From NCBI GenBank assembly GCA_036867785.1, contig CP145426.1, forward strand, positions 248,001 to 312,000: a stretch of 64,000 bases of DNA, in the 5' to 3' direction. Each line of letters opens with the position of its first letter. Position 1 is the stretch's first letter. The position numbers and the translations under genes were made by a program. The notes beneath the pieces were generated by a model. That model ran no database searches, was not told the origin of the DNA, and saw only the letters and a list, made by a program, of their open reading frames with translations. This DNA comes from Plasmodiophora brassicae (Eukaryota). Positions 25,527-37,144 of this stretch are shown one piece after another.

Positions 25527-27053
25527 ATGGACGAGGTGCTCGGCGCGCTCCTCGACGCGCTCGTCGCCGAGGCGTCCAGGGCGGACGCGCGCCCGACCTT
25601 CGCGTCGTTCCGATCGGGGTGGATGCGCACCGACTTCCAGTACGTCCTCCTGCTCCGACTCGACGCCGAATCCACCGTCGACTACGTGGAGGCTGTCTTC
25701 CGCCTGCTCACTGGTCTGCGTGCCGCGTGCGTCTCCCGACCGCCTTCTAAAACATGACGTTTGTGGCACGTAGATCGTCTGTTCGCGCTGCACCCGTACG
25801 AAGAGCACGCGACCCTGACCGCCTGGCTCGTGTTCGCATTGTTCTGCGTCCAGCGTAGCCAGGCGGAGCACCCTCCCTGTCGTATCCGGCTGCCGTTAGC
25901 GGACTGGTCGCCGTTTCTCAGCCTGCTCGAGCACCTCGCCAGGTCGCAGCACGGTGAGGCCCACGCGATGCTCTGCGACCTGTTCCGCCACTCCATGCGG
26001 TTCTGTCTGACGCATCGGTGCCCTCCGTGTGCACCGCTGTTCGCGCCTGCGTCCAGCAACGCCCCTGTGGATGCACGCGCCCTGCTGCCTCGGCTAGTCG
26101 ACGTGCGCTCGATCGAACGGCATACGGCCCGCTATGAGGCGGCGGCGGAAGCCTGCCCGGGACATCCTGTGTCCACTGGGCGCATTCGGAATGCCCTCTC
26201 GTCGCTTCAGAACGCGGTCGCGCGCGATATGCGGCCCGGAACGCCCCCCGCCGTCGATGTCACCGAAGCGGATACGATGCGGAACCTGGCGGACGTGTTC
26301 AGCACAGCTGATCGCGTCGAGGAGGGCGGCAACCTGTTCCTGTCGTACCAGCGGTCCGACGAGAGCTCGACGGATTTCGACGACGAGGAATACCATGCGG
26401 CCGGCCTGCTTCCTTTCGACGATGAGGAGAAACCCGGCCGTCCTCAGGAAGCTGTACGAATCGGTGTCGCGACTGAGGCTGCCCCAGTGGCCGATGTGCA
26501 CCCCGAGCACGATGTTGCCCCTCCAGAGCCTGCCCCAGCGTCACAGACAGCCGAAGCGCAACGACTCACGTCTGATCAGCCTGTTAAACGGAAAGGCAGG
26601 GGCAGGGCGAGACAGGCGGGCGTACGTCGATCGGGCGCTCCTGGCGTTCTCGCTGCAATTTCCGCTGCACGGGCACAGTTCGAGAGTGACGCTGACGATG
26701 TCGTCGACCTGCCCGCTGCTCCACCTGCCAAGCAGCGACAGGAGCCCCGACATCCGAAGCAGAAGGTCCCGTCGAAGAAGGCGACGTCTATTGCCGCCCT
26801 GGCTGCCGCGAGAGCCGCTTTCGACAGCGAGTCCGATCTGGAGGTCCCTAAGGGGGCACCTCCACCACCAAAACGGAAACGCGGGCGTCCCCGCAAGGCA
26901 CGTGACGAGACGCCGCCCCCGAATCCGCTGCCCAGCACTGACAGGCGACCGGTCGTCGAGGTGTCGACGGCTCAGGAAACCATGATGCGGATCGAGGCGG
27001 CCCGTGCTGCGTTCGAAAGCGATGAAGTCGACAGTACCGACGACGTCCCTTGA
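25527..27053 (+). CDS. SNAPc subunit 1 (SNAP43)-like protein with acidic/low-complexity tail and AT-hook
   Basis: N-terminal FASFRSGWMRTDFQYV and VFALFCVQRSQ...RIRLPLADW resemble SNAPC1 conserved blocks. One intron at about 25714-25773. KRKRGRPRK AT-hook near the C-terminus. Confidence 0.6.
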
Positions 27054-27568
27054 GCCTTGCGCTGTATATCTATATAACCTGGCATCTCTCTACACCAAGA
27101 CCACGTCATAACCTAAAGTCCAATTGAAAACCTAACAAGGGGCTCAGCGGGACACGATACTGCGCGGGTTCGTGATGGCCATCGCGGTCGCCAAGGTGTC
27201 CTCTGATCTTGGCGTCGACTTCCCGTGCTTGACGTCGTCTACCCTACTGTGTCAGGTCATAACGGATCACCCGCCGACATGGGGGCATTCCCGTGCCGGC
27301 TCAAATCTACAAGAGAAGCCTAGCTGCGATCCGGCCATATAGGAGGAACCCAGGTCCTGAGGTGTACGAGAGTATATACGACGGGCGCCCTAAGGATGTC
27401 GGCAGGCGCAGGCCACGGAGTCCGTACGGCCCTTCGGACCGAGGCGGCACGAACGTTCGGGACATTGTATCGCACGTCATTTGCAATCCAGTGTGTCTGT
27501 CGTTCGAACGTCAACAGGGCGTGTGAGTAGCATCGGGAGACGTCGCGGAGCATCCTCTATTGGTTACC

Positions 27569-28780
27569 ATGTCGATCGGCAATCGCACTCGAAACGCGAG
27601 CACCACAACGTGGCCGCTCCGCGTACTCGCGGTCGCTCTTCTCATCGCCATCGGTGTCGGTGAACGCCAGCTGGTCAAGCTGCGCTCCAGCGATGACGTT
27701 GACATCGACGCCGACGCAGCAGCAATTACCATGCACTCGGGTGTGTTGAAGGACCTGCTTGAACAGAGTTCCGCGAGCAACGACAATACCTGTCGCATCG
27801 TAGTGAAGATGGTTGCCAGTCCCGTGTTGCAGGCCATCGTCGACTTCTGTCACGAGTTTGCTGTCGACGAGGTCTGCCATCCGCAATCAGGGAGTCACCC
27901 CGGAGCTTGGTATCACAGTCGGGCACAGGACGCTGCCGCGGCCGAATGGCTCCGTAATACGCTGTGGTCAATGGACGCGCAGGGTTATGTCGTCCTATTA
28001 GAGGCCGCCCATGTTCTCCGTATGCCTACTCTAGGAAGGGTACTCCTGGCGACGAGACAAGAGTGGGATGCGATCCGGGCTCTGGCCTATAACCTGTTCG
28101 ATATGGACCCGCCGTTCTCTGTTTTCATTGTGATGAACTGCCCCATCATCGCCAAGCTTCGCCAGCGGGTTAGGACCAGTGAGCAGATGTTGATCGTCGA
28201 CCGGATTCCATACGCCGTCGTTAATGGAGACCAGGGCCAGAGCGATGTTGACTTCATCAACTCGGCGGAATGGGATCCAACCGTCGGCAACGTTCTGCAA
28301 TGGGCGACCGCCAGGGGAAACGCGCGCCTTGTCGAACTCCTGGCAGGTATTCCGGGGATCAATGCGAACACCAACACTCTCGGTATGGTGCCTTTGCACT
28401 GGGCGGCGCTGAACGGCGATGCGCGAATCGTCGCGGCGCTCTTCACGATTCGAGGGGTCGACGCCAACGTCGGTATAGGTCCTTCGGGTTTGACCCCGTT
28501 GCACCTGGCCGCTTTCTGGGGATTCGCCGAGGTCGTTGCTCTGCTGCTGGATTCCCCAGGGGTTGACGTCAACGCACGCGACGGCGATGGCATGACTCCC
28601 CTGATGCTGGCTGCAATGAAAGGACATCTACAAGTCGTCACGTTGCTGCTCACGGAGGTCGGTACGAAGGACAAGCGCGGCATGGCTGCGTTGCAAAGAG
28701 CCATGGAGGCGGGCGAAGAGGAAGTTGAACAGCTGCTCAAGGGGCTTTGCCTGGGAGCGTCAAAGCGATTCCGCTGCTAA
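27569..28780 (+). CDS. Predicted secreted SKP1/BTB-like plus ankyrin-repeat protein (candidate effector)
   Basis: Intronless. Hydrophobic leader VLAVALLIAIG; SKP1-like VKLRSSD...SGVLKDLLE...VLQAIVDFC...LLEAAHVLRM; about 5 ankyrin repeats (PLHWAA, TPLHLAA, TPLMLAA). Confidence 0.85.
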   Translation: MSIGNRTRNASTTTWPLRVLAVALLIAIGVGERQLVKLRSSDDVDIDADAAAITMHSGVLKDLLEQSSASNDNTCRIVVKMVASPVLQAIVDFCHEFAVDEVCHPQSGSHPGAWYHSRAQDAAAAEWLRNTLWSMDAQGYVVLLEAAHVLRMPTLGRVLLATRQEWDAIRALAYNLFDMDPPFSVFIVMNCPIIAKLRQRVRTSEQMLIVDRIPYAVVNGDQGQSDVDFINSAEWDPTVGNVLQWATARGNARLVELLAGIPGINANTNTLGMVPLHWAALNGDARIVAALFTIRGVDANVGIGPSGLTPLHLAAFWGFAEVVALLLDSPGVDVNARDGDGMTPLMLAAMKGHLQVVTLLLTEVGTKDKRGMAALQRAMEAGEEEVEQLLKGLCLGASKRFRC

Positions 28781-29986
28781 TTAATTCAGCTGCTGTGGTG
28801 CACACGTACTGGGACGCCATCGTGCAAAGGCAGCGGCACGGTTCGAAACAATGAAGTTGGGATCGAAATGGTTCATTTCTCAGCTGTGGAGAATGGGATA
28901 TTGCGCATATTCGACCATCTGGTCTGGTTGGTGAGGGTAACCGTAGGTCGCCCGGAAGAGTGTGCGCTCCAGAAGCTCAGTCGGGCGGAGCGAATAAAAG
29001 TCGGAGGCACAGGGGCGGGCGCGGTCAGGGGGATCAGCGGATGATTGCATCTGGACGACAACATCGCGCTGCACATGCCCTGGGATCGGCATTATATATT
29101 GAGTTCTCGTCAAACGACATGCACGATGTTTCCGGTGGGTGCCTAGCGTGACGGCAGCATCGTGCTGTCATTCATATCTTGACGCGATGTCGCACGTGAC
29201 GTGGTACCTACCATTGGGAAGTACAATGGGCTTTGTGGAGGCTTTTTCGATGATGGGGCGCGATATGGGAGCTCTTCTTCCCAAGCACACGGGTCATTGG
29301 TCGTGCTGATCTGGACGCCTGGACGTATGCGCAACCTCTGGGTCAAAAGGAGGCTGTGCATCTTCTCCGTGCTCCGCAGTGTCAATGAGCGGTGGTCGTC
29401 GTTCTACAGTAGGTAGTGTTGAACCCGAAGGACCCCCTGTCCGCGTCGCGCATATGAGTTCAGAACGGCCTGATCGTTTGTCTAATGCTGAATTACCATC
29501 ACCGTTCCCGCGGAACTGCGTTTCGGATCGGTTCGATGATCGGGCCTTGGCAATGCGCCTGGAAATCGTATCAATTTGGATCCGAGCTGCTTCGCGGATT
29601 GCTGTCGGGCACAGCGTCCTTGCAGGCCGATGATTAAGGTGTACGATGGCGCCGCCGTTGTGACTATTCGCTCTATCGATTTGCGCCCAGCCCTTCTGGA
29701 GAGCGATGCCCGCAACTCCATGGGATGTTGGCCGGAGGCCAACGCGTCGAAGTACCGTAATGAGCTTCGCTTGTATGATTTACTGGAGACGTAAGTCTGC
29801 AGGCGATTCACGGCCTTGATCAGGCCACTCTAAATGTATTCGATGAGTGCGCTCGAACGAGGACGACGTATCGATCGGGGTCTCAATACTGGTAATTTGC
29901 TTGAAATCCTGTCGCGTCGCCACACCGAATTTCGCGGGCGACAAAACAAAGCGGTAACTGCACTTTAGTTACATCATATTAAGTGT

Positions 29987-30584
29987 ATGACGATGGAGCG
30001 CATAAGACAGATCATTGACTTGGGCTTGTCTCATGGTGTCGCTGTTGACTATCTCCTGGAAGAGTTGGGCACCGACTCGTCGACCGCGATTCCGTCGGTC
30101 CGTCAGCTTCCGAAGTACCTTCTGGACCTTGGTGTCACCTTCCCATTTATTCGATATCTAGTCTGCGATCAAGGGCATATGTGGGCACATGGTACAAACC
30201 CACCAGCGAACCTGTGCTGCTCGGGGTCCGAGCCTTTTGTATACTTCTCCCGTATCCTGATGATCCAATGCCTGTTCCGTTGTTCTTCGTTCTGTCAATT
30301 ATTGAACGGCGAGCTCGATCGCCATCAGGAGATCTTGCCGCGCGACTCAAATCCTGTTACTGCTCGAGACTGGACGGATGGGGAATTCTTCTCTCGTGAG
30401 TATGCACCGTTCTGACGGGAATGCAATGCCAGCAGAATGTTTCCTCTTCCCTTGTCATCGGTAACGGATGGAGCGGATGTTCTCAGCTGGGGATCCAAGT
30501 CTGTCGTCCCACTTGTGCAATAGGTATTGGGACTACCTGCCGTTGTGCGCTGCAACCTTGGTCTCATGATGCCAGTCGGGTTGA
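29987..30584 (+). pseudogene. CACTA/EnSpm-type transposase remnant
   Basis: RDWTDGEFF, then after a frameshift PLSSVTDGADV...SVVPLV..LGLPAVVR. This resembles the 'D.wDG ... l.tDG ... S.wP ... NLP' blocks of Tnp2/Transposase_21. Confidence 0.55.
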
Positions 30585-30618
30585 AAGACGCACCGGTGCT
30601 TCTTCGCACTGTTGGGGA

Positions 30619-31180
30619 TCAACCCGACTGGCATCATGAGACCAAGGTTGCAGCGCACAACGGCACGTAGTCCCAATACCAATACCTATTGCACAAGTGG
30701 GACGACAGACTTGGATCCCCAGCTGAGAACATCCGCTCCATCCGTCATCGGTGACAAGGGAAGAGGAAACTCTCTGCTGGCAATGCATTCCCGTCAGATC
30801 GGTGCATACTCACCAGAGAAGAATTCCCCATCCGTCCAGTCTCGAACAGTAACAGGATTTGGAGTGTCCTGGCAAGATCTCCTGATGGCGATCGAGCTCG
30901 CCGTGCAATAATTGACAGAACGAAGAACGGCGGAACAGGCATTGGATCATCAGGATGCGGGAGAAGTATACAAACGGCTCGGATCCCGTGCGCTACAGGT
31001 TCCCTGGTGGGTTTGTACCATGTGCCCACATATGCCCTTGATCGCAGACTTGTATCGAGTAAATGGGAAGGTGACACCAAGGTCCAGAAGGTACTTCCGA
31101 AGCTGACGGACCGACAGGCGACCAGTCGGTGCCCAACTCTTCCAGGAGGTCGTCAACAGCGACACCATGAGACAAGCCCA
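30619..31180 (-). pseudogene. Inverted diverged copy of the same transposase remnant
   Basis: Reverse complement of about 30021-30584 with substitutions and indels. Confidence 0.8.
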
Positions 31181-31334
31181 GACGTCGGCGAAGATGACCT
31201 GTCGCGTGCGGACCCTGAAGCCGCACATGGCAGACTGCGACGACCGCGAAGTCGCAGCAGGCCTGCGCCTTTCTCCTACGCTGCCATGACGTGTCCTCAA
31301 CGCACCGCACGACCACCGCTGTATTCGCTCTGCG

Positions 31335-31982
31335 TCAGGGTACCAGACCACGTACCGTCCTCCGCAAGCTCTGGAAGTTCGTGGTGAACTTCCGGCGCTT
31401 CGCGCCCGAATCGCCCGGCTTTGGGGTTTGGCTCCGGATCCATCGGATCGCGACACCTTCCGCCCGTTGAAAGTACATATTCACCTGCCGGGTCCATTCG
31501 GGCAGAGTCGAAGCGCCGGCGAGCATCGGCGGTAACGTCGGCGGCGGCAGCCTGCCGTCCGGCGCAAACCGCTGCGTTAACAGCAGGTCCCGCCAGAAAC
31601 AGGCATCCGCGACACGCCGGCGACGGGTCTCCTCGCAGCCGGTCAGGTCGCCCTTGTCCAGGTCGTTCACGAAGGCGTAAGCCGCCGCTTTCCAGGCCGG
31701 CCACGATGGGTGCAATACCCCATCGGTGTCCTTGTCGCGCCCGCCACGGGTGCCTGACGAAGACGCCGTCGCTGCTGCTGCTCTTTCTGCTGCTGCCTCG
31801 ACCGTATCAGACGGCGACGACGTCCAGCAACTCCTGGCGCGATCGGCGCCGACGATATCGGGCGCATGAGCGGCAGCGCGCTGCCCAGGTAGGCTGCCGG
31901 TACCGGGGACCACCTGGAGGGTGGACGCGACGCGCTCCATCTTCTCGTTCAGCGCAGCGACCTTGGTCAGCAGTGATTCCAT
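31335..31982 (-). CDS. Uncharacterised ORF, possibly the accessory gene of the adjacent transposon
   Basis: About 215-codon GC-rich ORF with a short coiled coil (LLTKVAALNEKMERV), upstream of and co-oriented with the minus-strand transposase remnant. Confidence 0.3.
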   Translation of the reverse strand: MESLLTKVAALNEKMERVASTLQVVPGTGSLPGQRAAAHAPDIVGADRARSCWTSSPSDTVEAAAERAAAATASSSGTRGGRDKDTDGVLHPSWPAWKAAAYAFVNDLDKGDLTGCEETRRRRVADACFWRDLLLTQRFAPDGRLPPPTLPPMLAGASTLPEWTRQVNMYFQRAEGVAIRWIRSQTPKPGDSGAKRRKFTTNFQSLRRTVRGLVP

Positions 31983-32117
31983 GAACGCAGTCACCGCCGG
32001 CAACGACGCCTGAACAGGTTCTGTCGGGCCCGATGACGATGACGGTGCCGGAGCGGACTCGGTTGATTGTGGGAAGACGGGCTTCGAAAGCGCCGGCGCC
32101 CTTGCAAAGAGCAGGTC

Positions 32118-32860
32118 GCATCCGCGACATCATCAAGCTGTACGGAATGGAGCACTGCCATCCTGTGTCAACCCCCGCGACCAGCACGAAGCTGACGAAG
32201 GATATGTGCCCCCGGTCCGACGCGGATCTGGTAGGCGTCCTCGACGAGAGGATTGACTACAGGCCGGCGGTGAGCGCCCTGCAGTATGCCTGCAAGACGC
32301 GCCCTGACATTAAGTACGCCGTTGGTCAAGTCGGCCGGTTCGTACAAAACCCGGGCGTCATGCACTACAAGGCGCTCAAGCGGATCTTCCGCTACCTAAA
32401 GGGCACACTCGACTACGGGCTCCAGTACACTCGCACAACATCTACCGCCGGCGGCAAGCCCACTTACCTACTCGCCGCCATGTCTGACTCGGACTGGGCC
32501 GGCAACCAAGATGACAGGAAATCGACGTCCGGGTACCTGATCACCGTTAACGGCAACACCATTTCCTTTAAGGCCAAGGCGCAGCAGTGCACGGCACTGT
32601 CGAGTTCCGAAGCCGAGACCATCGCCCTGACGCTGACCGCGCAGGAGGTACTCTGGCTTCGCGACGTGCTCGCCGAGCTTGGTTTTCCCCAGATCGAACC
32701 GACGACCATCTTCTGTGACAACGTCGGTGCCAACGCGTTCGCCAAGGATGTTGGCAACCACACCGCCATGAAACATATCAACCTGCGCGAGTTCTTTGTC
32801 AAGGAGGCCGTCGCCAACAAAATCATCACTACCAGCTACATCCGATCTGTCGAGAATACG
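32118..32860 (+). pseudogene. Ty1/copia reverse transcriptase C-terminus and RNase H
   Basis: PVSTP, YRPAVSALQY, TRPDIKYAV, KRIFRYLKGT, SDSDWAGNQDDRKSTSGY, ALSSSEAE, IFCDN, KHINLREFFVKE. Confidence 0.95.
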
Positions 32861-32862
32861 GC

Positions 32863-33112
32863 CGACAGATCGGATGTAGCTGGTAGTGATGTTTTTGTTG
32901 GCGACGGCCTCCTTGACAAAGAACTCGCGCAGGTTGATATGTTTCATGGCGGTGTGGTTGCCAACATCCTTGGCGAACGCGTTGGCACCGACGTCGTGAT
33001 GTCGAGTTGCTCGACAGCGATGTTGGGGTCTTCGACAGAGGTCGCCATCACCAGGCGAATGATCTCGGGGCGCACGACCTCGGCAAACGTCTCGGTATAG
33101 TCGCGGCCGTGC
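32863..33112 (-). pseudogene. Inverted copia fragment: RT N-terminus fused to RNase H end
   Basis: Minus strand GRDYTETFAEVVRPEIIRL...QLDI joined directly to the inverted copy of 32721-32852. Confidence 0.8.
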
Positions 33113-33474
33113 TCACTTCTATTTCTTTCCTGACGTGCACCCTCATGGCGATGGTTTCGTCATGTCACATGTACGGTATATAGCTGGCCTTCATTGAGTT
33201 TGTTCTCAGCGACATGGCCGGATGAGCAATTTGATCCGTGCAGATTGAAGAAGCGCTCCGAGAATGGTCGCCAGTCAGTCCGGCGACTGACGGGGTGCTA
33301 TGCCTTTGCTGCCAAACGATTCGGCATGGCTATATGCCAGTACATCTACCGGAAGTGGTCCCAGCTCTTCGATGAGGCAATGCGCCACTGACGAGCTCGC
33401 TCTGACTCCGCGCACTGCGTGCGAGCCCAAAGGTTTTGCCTGTTGTTTGGAACCACTTTGACGAGGCCGCGCGT

Positions 33475-34150
33475 TGGTGGACACAGATGTGACTCGCTGT
33501 CTGTGTAGGGCCCGTGGTACGGGCGAGATTCGAGGTGCTGGTGGTAGGCCACCCAAGCTCAGTCCCGAGCAGCGCCTTCTTAGCTTCATCCTACATTTCA
33601 AGCATGACAACAATTTGTTTACGACAGCGGGAAGTGGGGGCGATTTTCGTTGCTACCTGCGGCATCAACGAAGCGATTCTGGATAAGGACGTAAGGAGAT
33701 ATACTGGCCTGGCGAACACGATCGGGAAATGCCGGGTTGCATTGGGAATATCGATGGAACCCTGGTCAGGATTCCCAGTCCTCGCAACAAGCTCGAACAC
33801 GGACGATGGTTCAATGGCCAGAAGAAGATGTACGCCATGAAAATACCGTTGTCATCGACCACTTCGGCCTAATTCGCTACGTCGACCCCGGCTACCCTGG
33901 ATCATTCCACGATGTGAACTGTCTCCGGCAGTCAAACCTTGCCACGAACTGGAGGGAACACTTCACTCATGACGATGATGAACAGTATTTCGATTGACTT
34001 CTGGGGGACGCAGGATATCTTGGAATGAGATGTTTGTCATGAGCGTGTCCGTGATCTGGAGCTACAGGGAATTGACAATGACGTCCTCCGCGCGTTCAAC
34101 AAGATGCACAGCGGGTATCGAGTACGTGTCGAATGGGGAATTGGAGATCG
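33475..34150 (+). pseudogene. Harbinger/ISL2EU-like (HTH_Tnp_4 + DDE_Tnp_4) transposase remnant
   Basis: GRPPKLSPEQRLLSFIL; GCIGNIDGTLVRIPRP; FNGQKKMYAM; YPGSFHD; frameshifted. Confidence 0.8.
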
Positions 34151-34930
34151 CCCGTACTACGGGCATACAGCCCCATTACTGGACACACAAACGAGCACAA
34201 CTCCTCGAATTCGCTTGCGGTGAAGTTCGGGTACTCGAAATACTGTCCATCACCGTCGGCGTCATGGGTGAAGTATTCCCTCCAGTTCGTGGCAAGGTTT
34301 GACTGCCGGAGACAGTTCACATCGTGGAATGATCCAGGGTAGCCGGGGTCGACGTAGCGAATTAGGCCGAAGTGGTCGATGACAACGGTATTGTTCATGG
34401 CGTACATCTTCTTCTGGCCATTGAACCATCATCCGTGTTCGAGCTTGTTGCGAGGTCTGGGAATCCTGACCAGGGTTCCATCGATATTCCCAATGCAACC
34501 CGGCATTTCCGGCAAACGTTCTTCCCAGCATCTTCCTCGTGTTCGCCAGGCCAGTATATATATCAGTCCCCTTACGTCCTTATCCAGAATCGCTTTCTTG
34601 TTGCAGGTAGCAACGAAATCGGATCGTCGCAATGGGATGACTTCGCCCAATTCCACTTCCCGCTATCGTAAACAAAGTTGTTGTCATGCTTGAAAATCTG
34701 TAGGATGAAGCTAAGAAGACGCTGCTCGGGACTGAGATTGGGTGGCCTACCACCAGCACCTCGAATCTCGCCCGTACCACGTGCCCTATACAGACAGCGA
34801 GTCACATCTGTGTCCACCAACAGAATGGGTGAGCGGCCCTGATCGTAGAGAGGGAGCTCGGCCATATATGCACCCTCGTTGTCCCGGCACCAATCATTGA
34901 ACGAGTCGGTGTTTTCACGAGCCGCCACGT
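34096..34930 (-). pseudogene. Inverted second copy of the Harbinger/ISL2EU-like transposase
   Basis: The same motifs on the minus strand (GRPPNLSPEQRLL, CIGNIDGT, GYPGSFHDV), plus an N-terminal-like piece FTASEFEELC. Confidence 0.8.
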
Positions 34931-35409
34931 CGTGGAGCGCAGGGCGAATGTCGAATGGCTTTGCTTGAGGTGTGTCATCAGGTCCTTCCAGTTCGAACTG
35001 TGGCGGGAGTTCAAATCACCGTCAAACACATCTTCATTCGTCGTAAAAGCTGACGCAGGAAATACTCAATTACGTCGTAATCGTCCGGCGAATTCTATTC
35101 GTCATCATCGCTGGACTCCAACCATATTCCTGAAGAAAGAAGCTGCCATCGACGTCGTCGGAACTCTAAGTCTGTCTGCACAACAATCACGCTATTCCCG
35201 GTGTTGCATAGAGTGCAACGACTCCTGCTAATAATTAAAGGGTACTTTTTCACAAGTTTCGGGTCAGTCAGGGGCGCAATACAGCCAGGCAACTGACATT
35301 GGGCGCCACCGATGATATCGTACGGGCAAGGTTTGTCGAGGTGCTGCCAAGATCGGGGTGCGAATGTCGTCACCAGCGTTCCACGGGATGCGGAAGATGA
35401 TTCCTAAAT

Positions 35410-37144
35410 CACTGGAAAAATAGAAGTGCCGAATTGGTGCCCGGACGTTCCCCGAGTGCCGATTGAAGTGCCGATTCCAGGGGCCAACAATAGGCAAGTG
35501 CCGATGAGGAGCCGGTGCGACACCTGGAGTGCCGAAATGGTGCCATCTGGACCATCGTGCCAAAAATTGGGATGCCAGGATGATGGGCTTTTTTGCGAGC
35601 AGCCGGCGACTGCACGGTGCCACCTGAGCTGGGCTTTTTTGCGAGCAGCCGGCGACTGCACGGTGCCACCTGAGCTGACACGCCTTTCGAGGTGCCGGCT
35701 CGGTAATTCTCACCAACGCACCTTTCTTTTCCGTCCCGACGGTGCCTCTCCACCACACATTGCCGAATGCGGGCCCGACGCTGCACATCCACCACACACT
35801 AACGGGAAGGCGCGCAATCCGGGTTCCGATCCGGGCTTCGACATCGACGACGAATTGGCACCCGCGTCCTCATTCTTCATATGGATTCGTCGGCAGACGC
35901 ATCCGTATCGTTGCAGGCATGACCGTGTACGAACGGTTTGCACGATAAGACCTGCAATGTACCTGGTTTCTCGTGTCTACTCCAGGTATTGCTCCTGTAT
36001 GCGTGTGTGTATCCGAAGTCAAGGACGCTCACTACCCTCGTGTATTAGTGTCTACACGTCTGAGCAGCTGGAGCGGAACTGTCCCGTTAAGAACGCCGTC
36101 CTGCTCCAGAGGATCCAGTCGGAGTGGCCGTGCAATTGGGCTTGCCCGACGATGATGGCTGACACTCGCCAGCGTATGTGAATTATTTGGTGTTCCACTT
36201 TATAATTATCTGATAATTTGTCCAAGTCAACATACATTATAGATTGGCACTTCACCGGAAGATGATCAGGCTCGTCACCGGAACTCGTCGGCTGCAGCTG
36301 ACGAGCGTTCGCAGTGCAAGGCCGTATTCAAAATCTTTCACGTACGTCGAGCATTTCTGTCTCTGGGGTTTAGTCGCTAACGGTCTTTATGATGCGCAGT
36401 ACAAGACGGTCATGTGATCGCGTTTGCTGGCGGAGATCCCAAACGAGTTTGTCCGGACGACGAACTAGGTGCCCGTCTTCGCCATAGGTCGCTGCGGGAC
36501 GCGGTACGTGTTCGATGGTTCTGACGTCGCCATTATTTATAATGCGTTTGGCTGCAGGCCCAGCATCAAGGGGTGCCTTCGCATCCAGCAGGCCATAATG
36601 GTACGCAACGGCAACGTTAACATCATGTGTTCCCTCATTGTGTTATGTATGAATTTAGGCGGCGTTGCGGCCAGGCGCGTTGAAAGGTATGGCCGTTGTT
36701 GTTGGCATCCAGTTGCATCATCTGATCAGGGATGCAGGTTATAGAACACGATGATGTACGAGGGTGGCGGACATGCAACGTACAAAACTTGTTCCACTTG
36801 CCGATCGATCCTGACGGCGCGTTGACGTCGCGGTCAATGGCGGGTCGCGGATCGGCGCCCATCAAGGAACAGTTACAATAAACCATTCGTTGAAATACCA
36901 AATTCGATAGTGTCTCAATAACTGGGGTACCATTCCATTCTATTACTATACCGGTAGGGAGAGCAAAAATCGTATGACGTTTTTTGGAAGGACGTCCGTT
37001 GAGAGGATTTTTGGAAAATCGGGGCCCGAAATTGGCACCAAATTGGCACTACCAAGTGCCAATTTGGTGTCGTCAAGTGCCAATAAAGGGCCGACGGGCT
37101 AATCCACGGGATGGCACTAATTTGGCACTTCTATTTTTCCAGTG
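35410..37144. mobile_element. Complete non-autonomous CACTA-superfamily (CACTG) element, 1735 bp
   Basis: 21-bp perfect TIR CACTGGAAAAATAGAAGTGCC at both ends, AAT target-site duplication on both flanks, and (A)GTGCC subterminal repeats. Confidence 0.9.
35585..35677 (+). repeat. Tandem duplication of about 47 bp inside the CACTG element
   Basis: gggcttttt(t)gcgagcagccggcgactgcacggtgccacctgagct x2. Confidence 0.9.

Noticed and set aside
32860-33100. Novel C-terminal extension of the 355-aa copia ORF
   Set aside because: Read-through into the inverted copy, not real protein.
35420-35545. AAGTGCCGA repeats as iterons or CRISPR
   Set aside because: They are mirrored at 37030-37130 and lie inside TIRs, so they are CACTA subterminal repeats.
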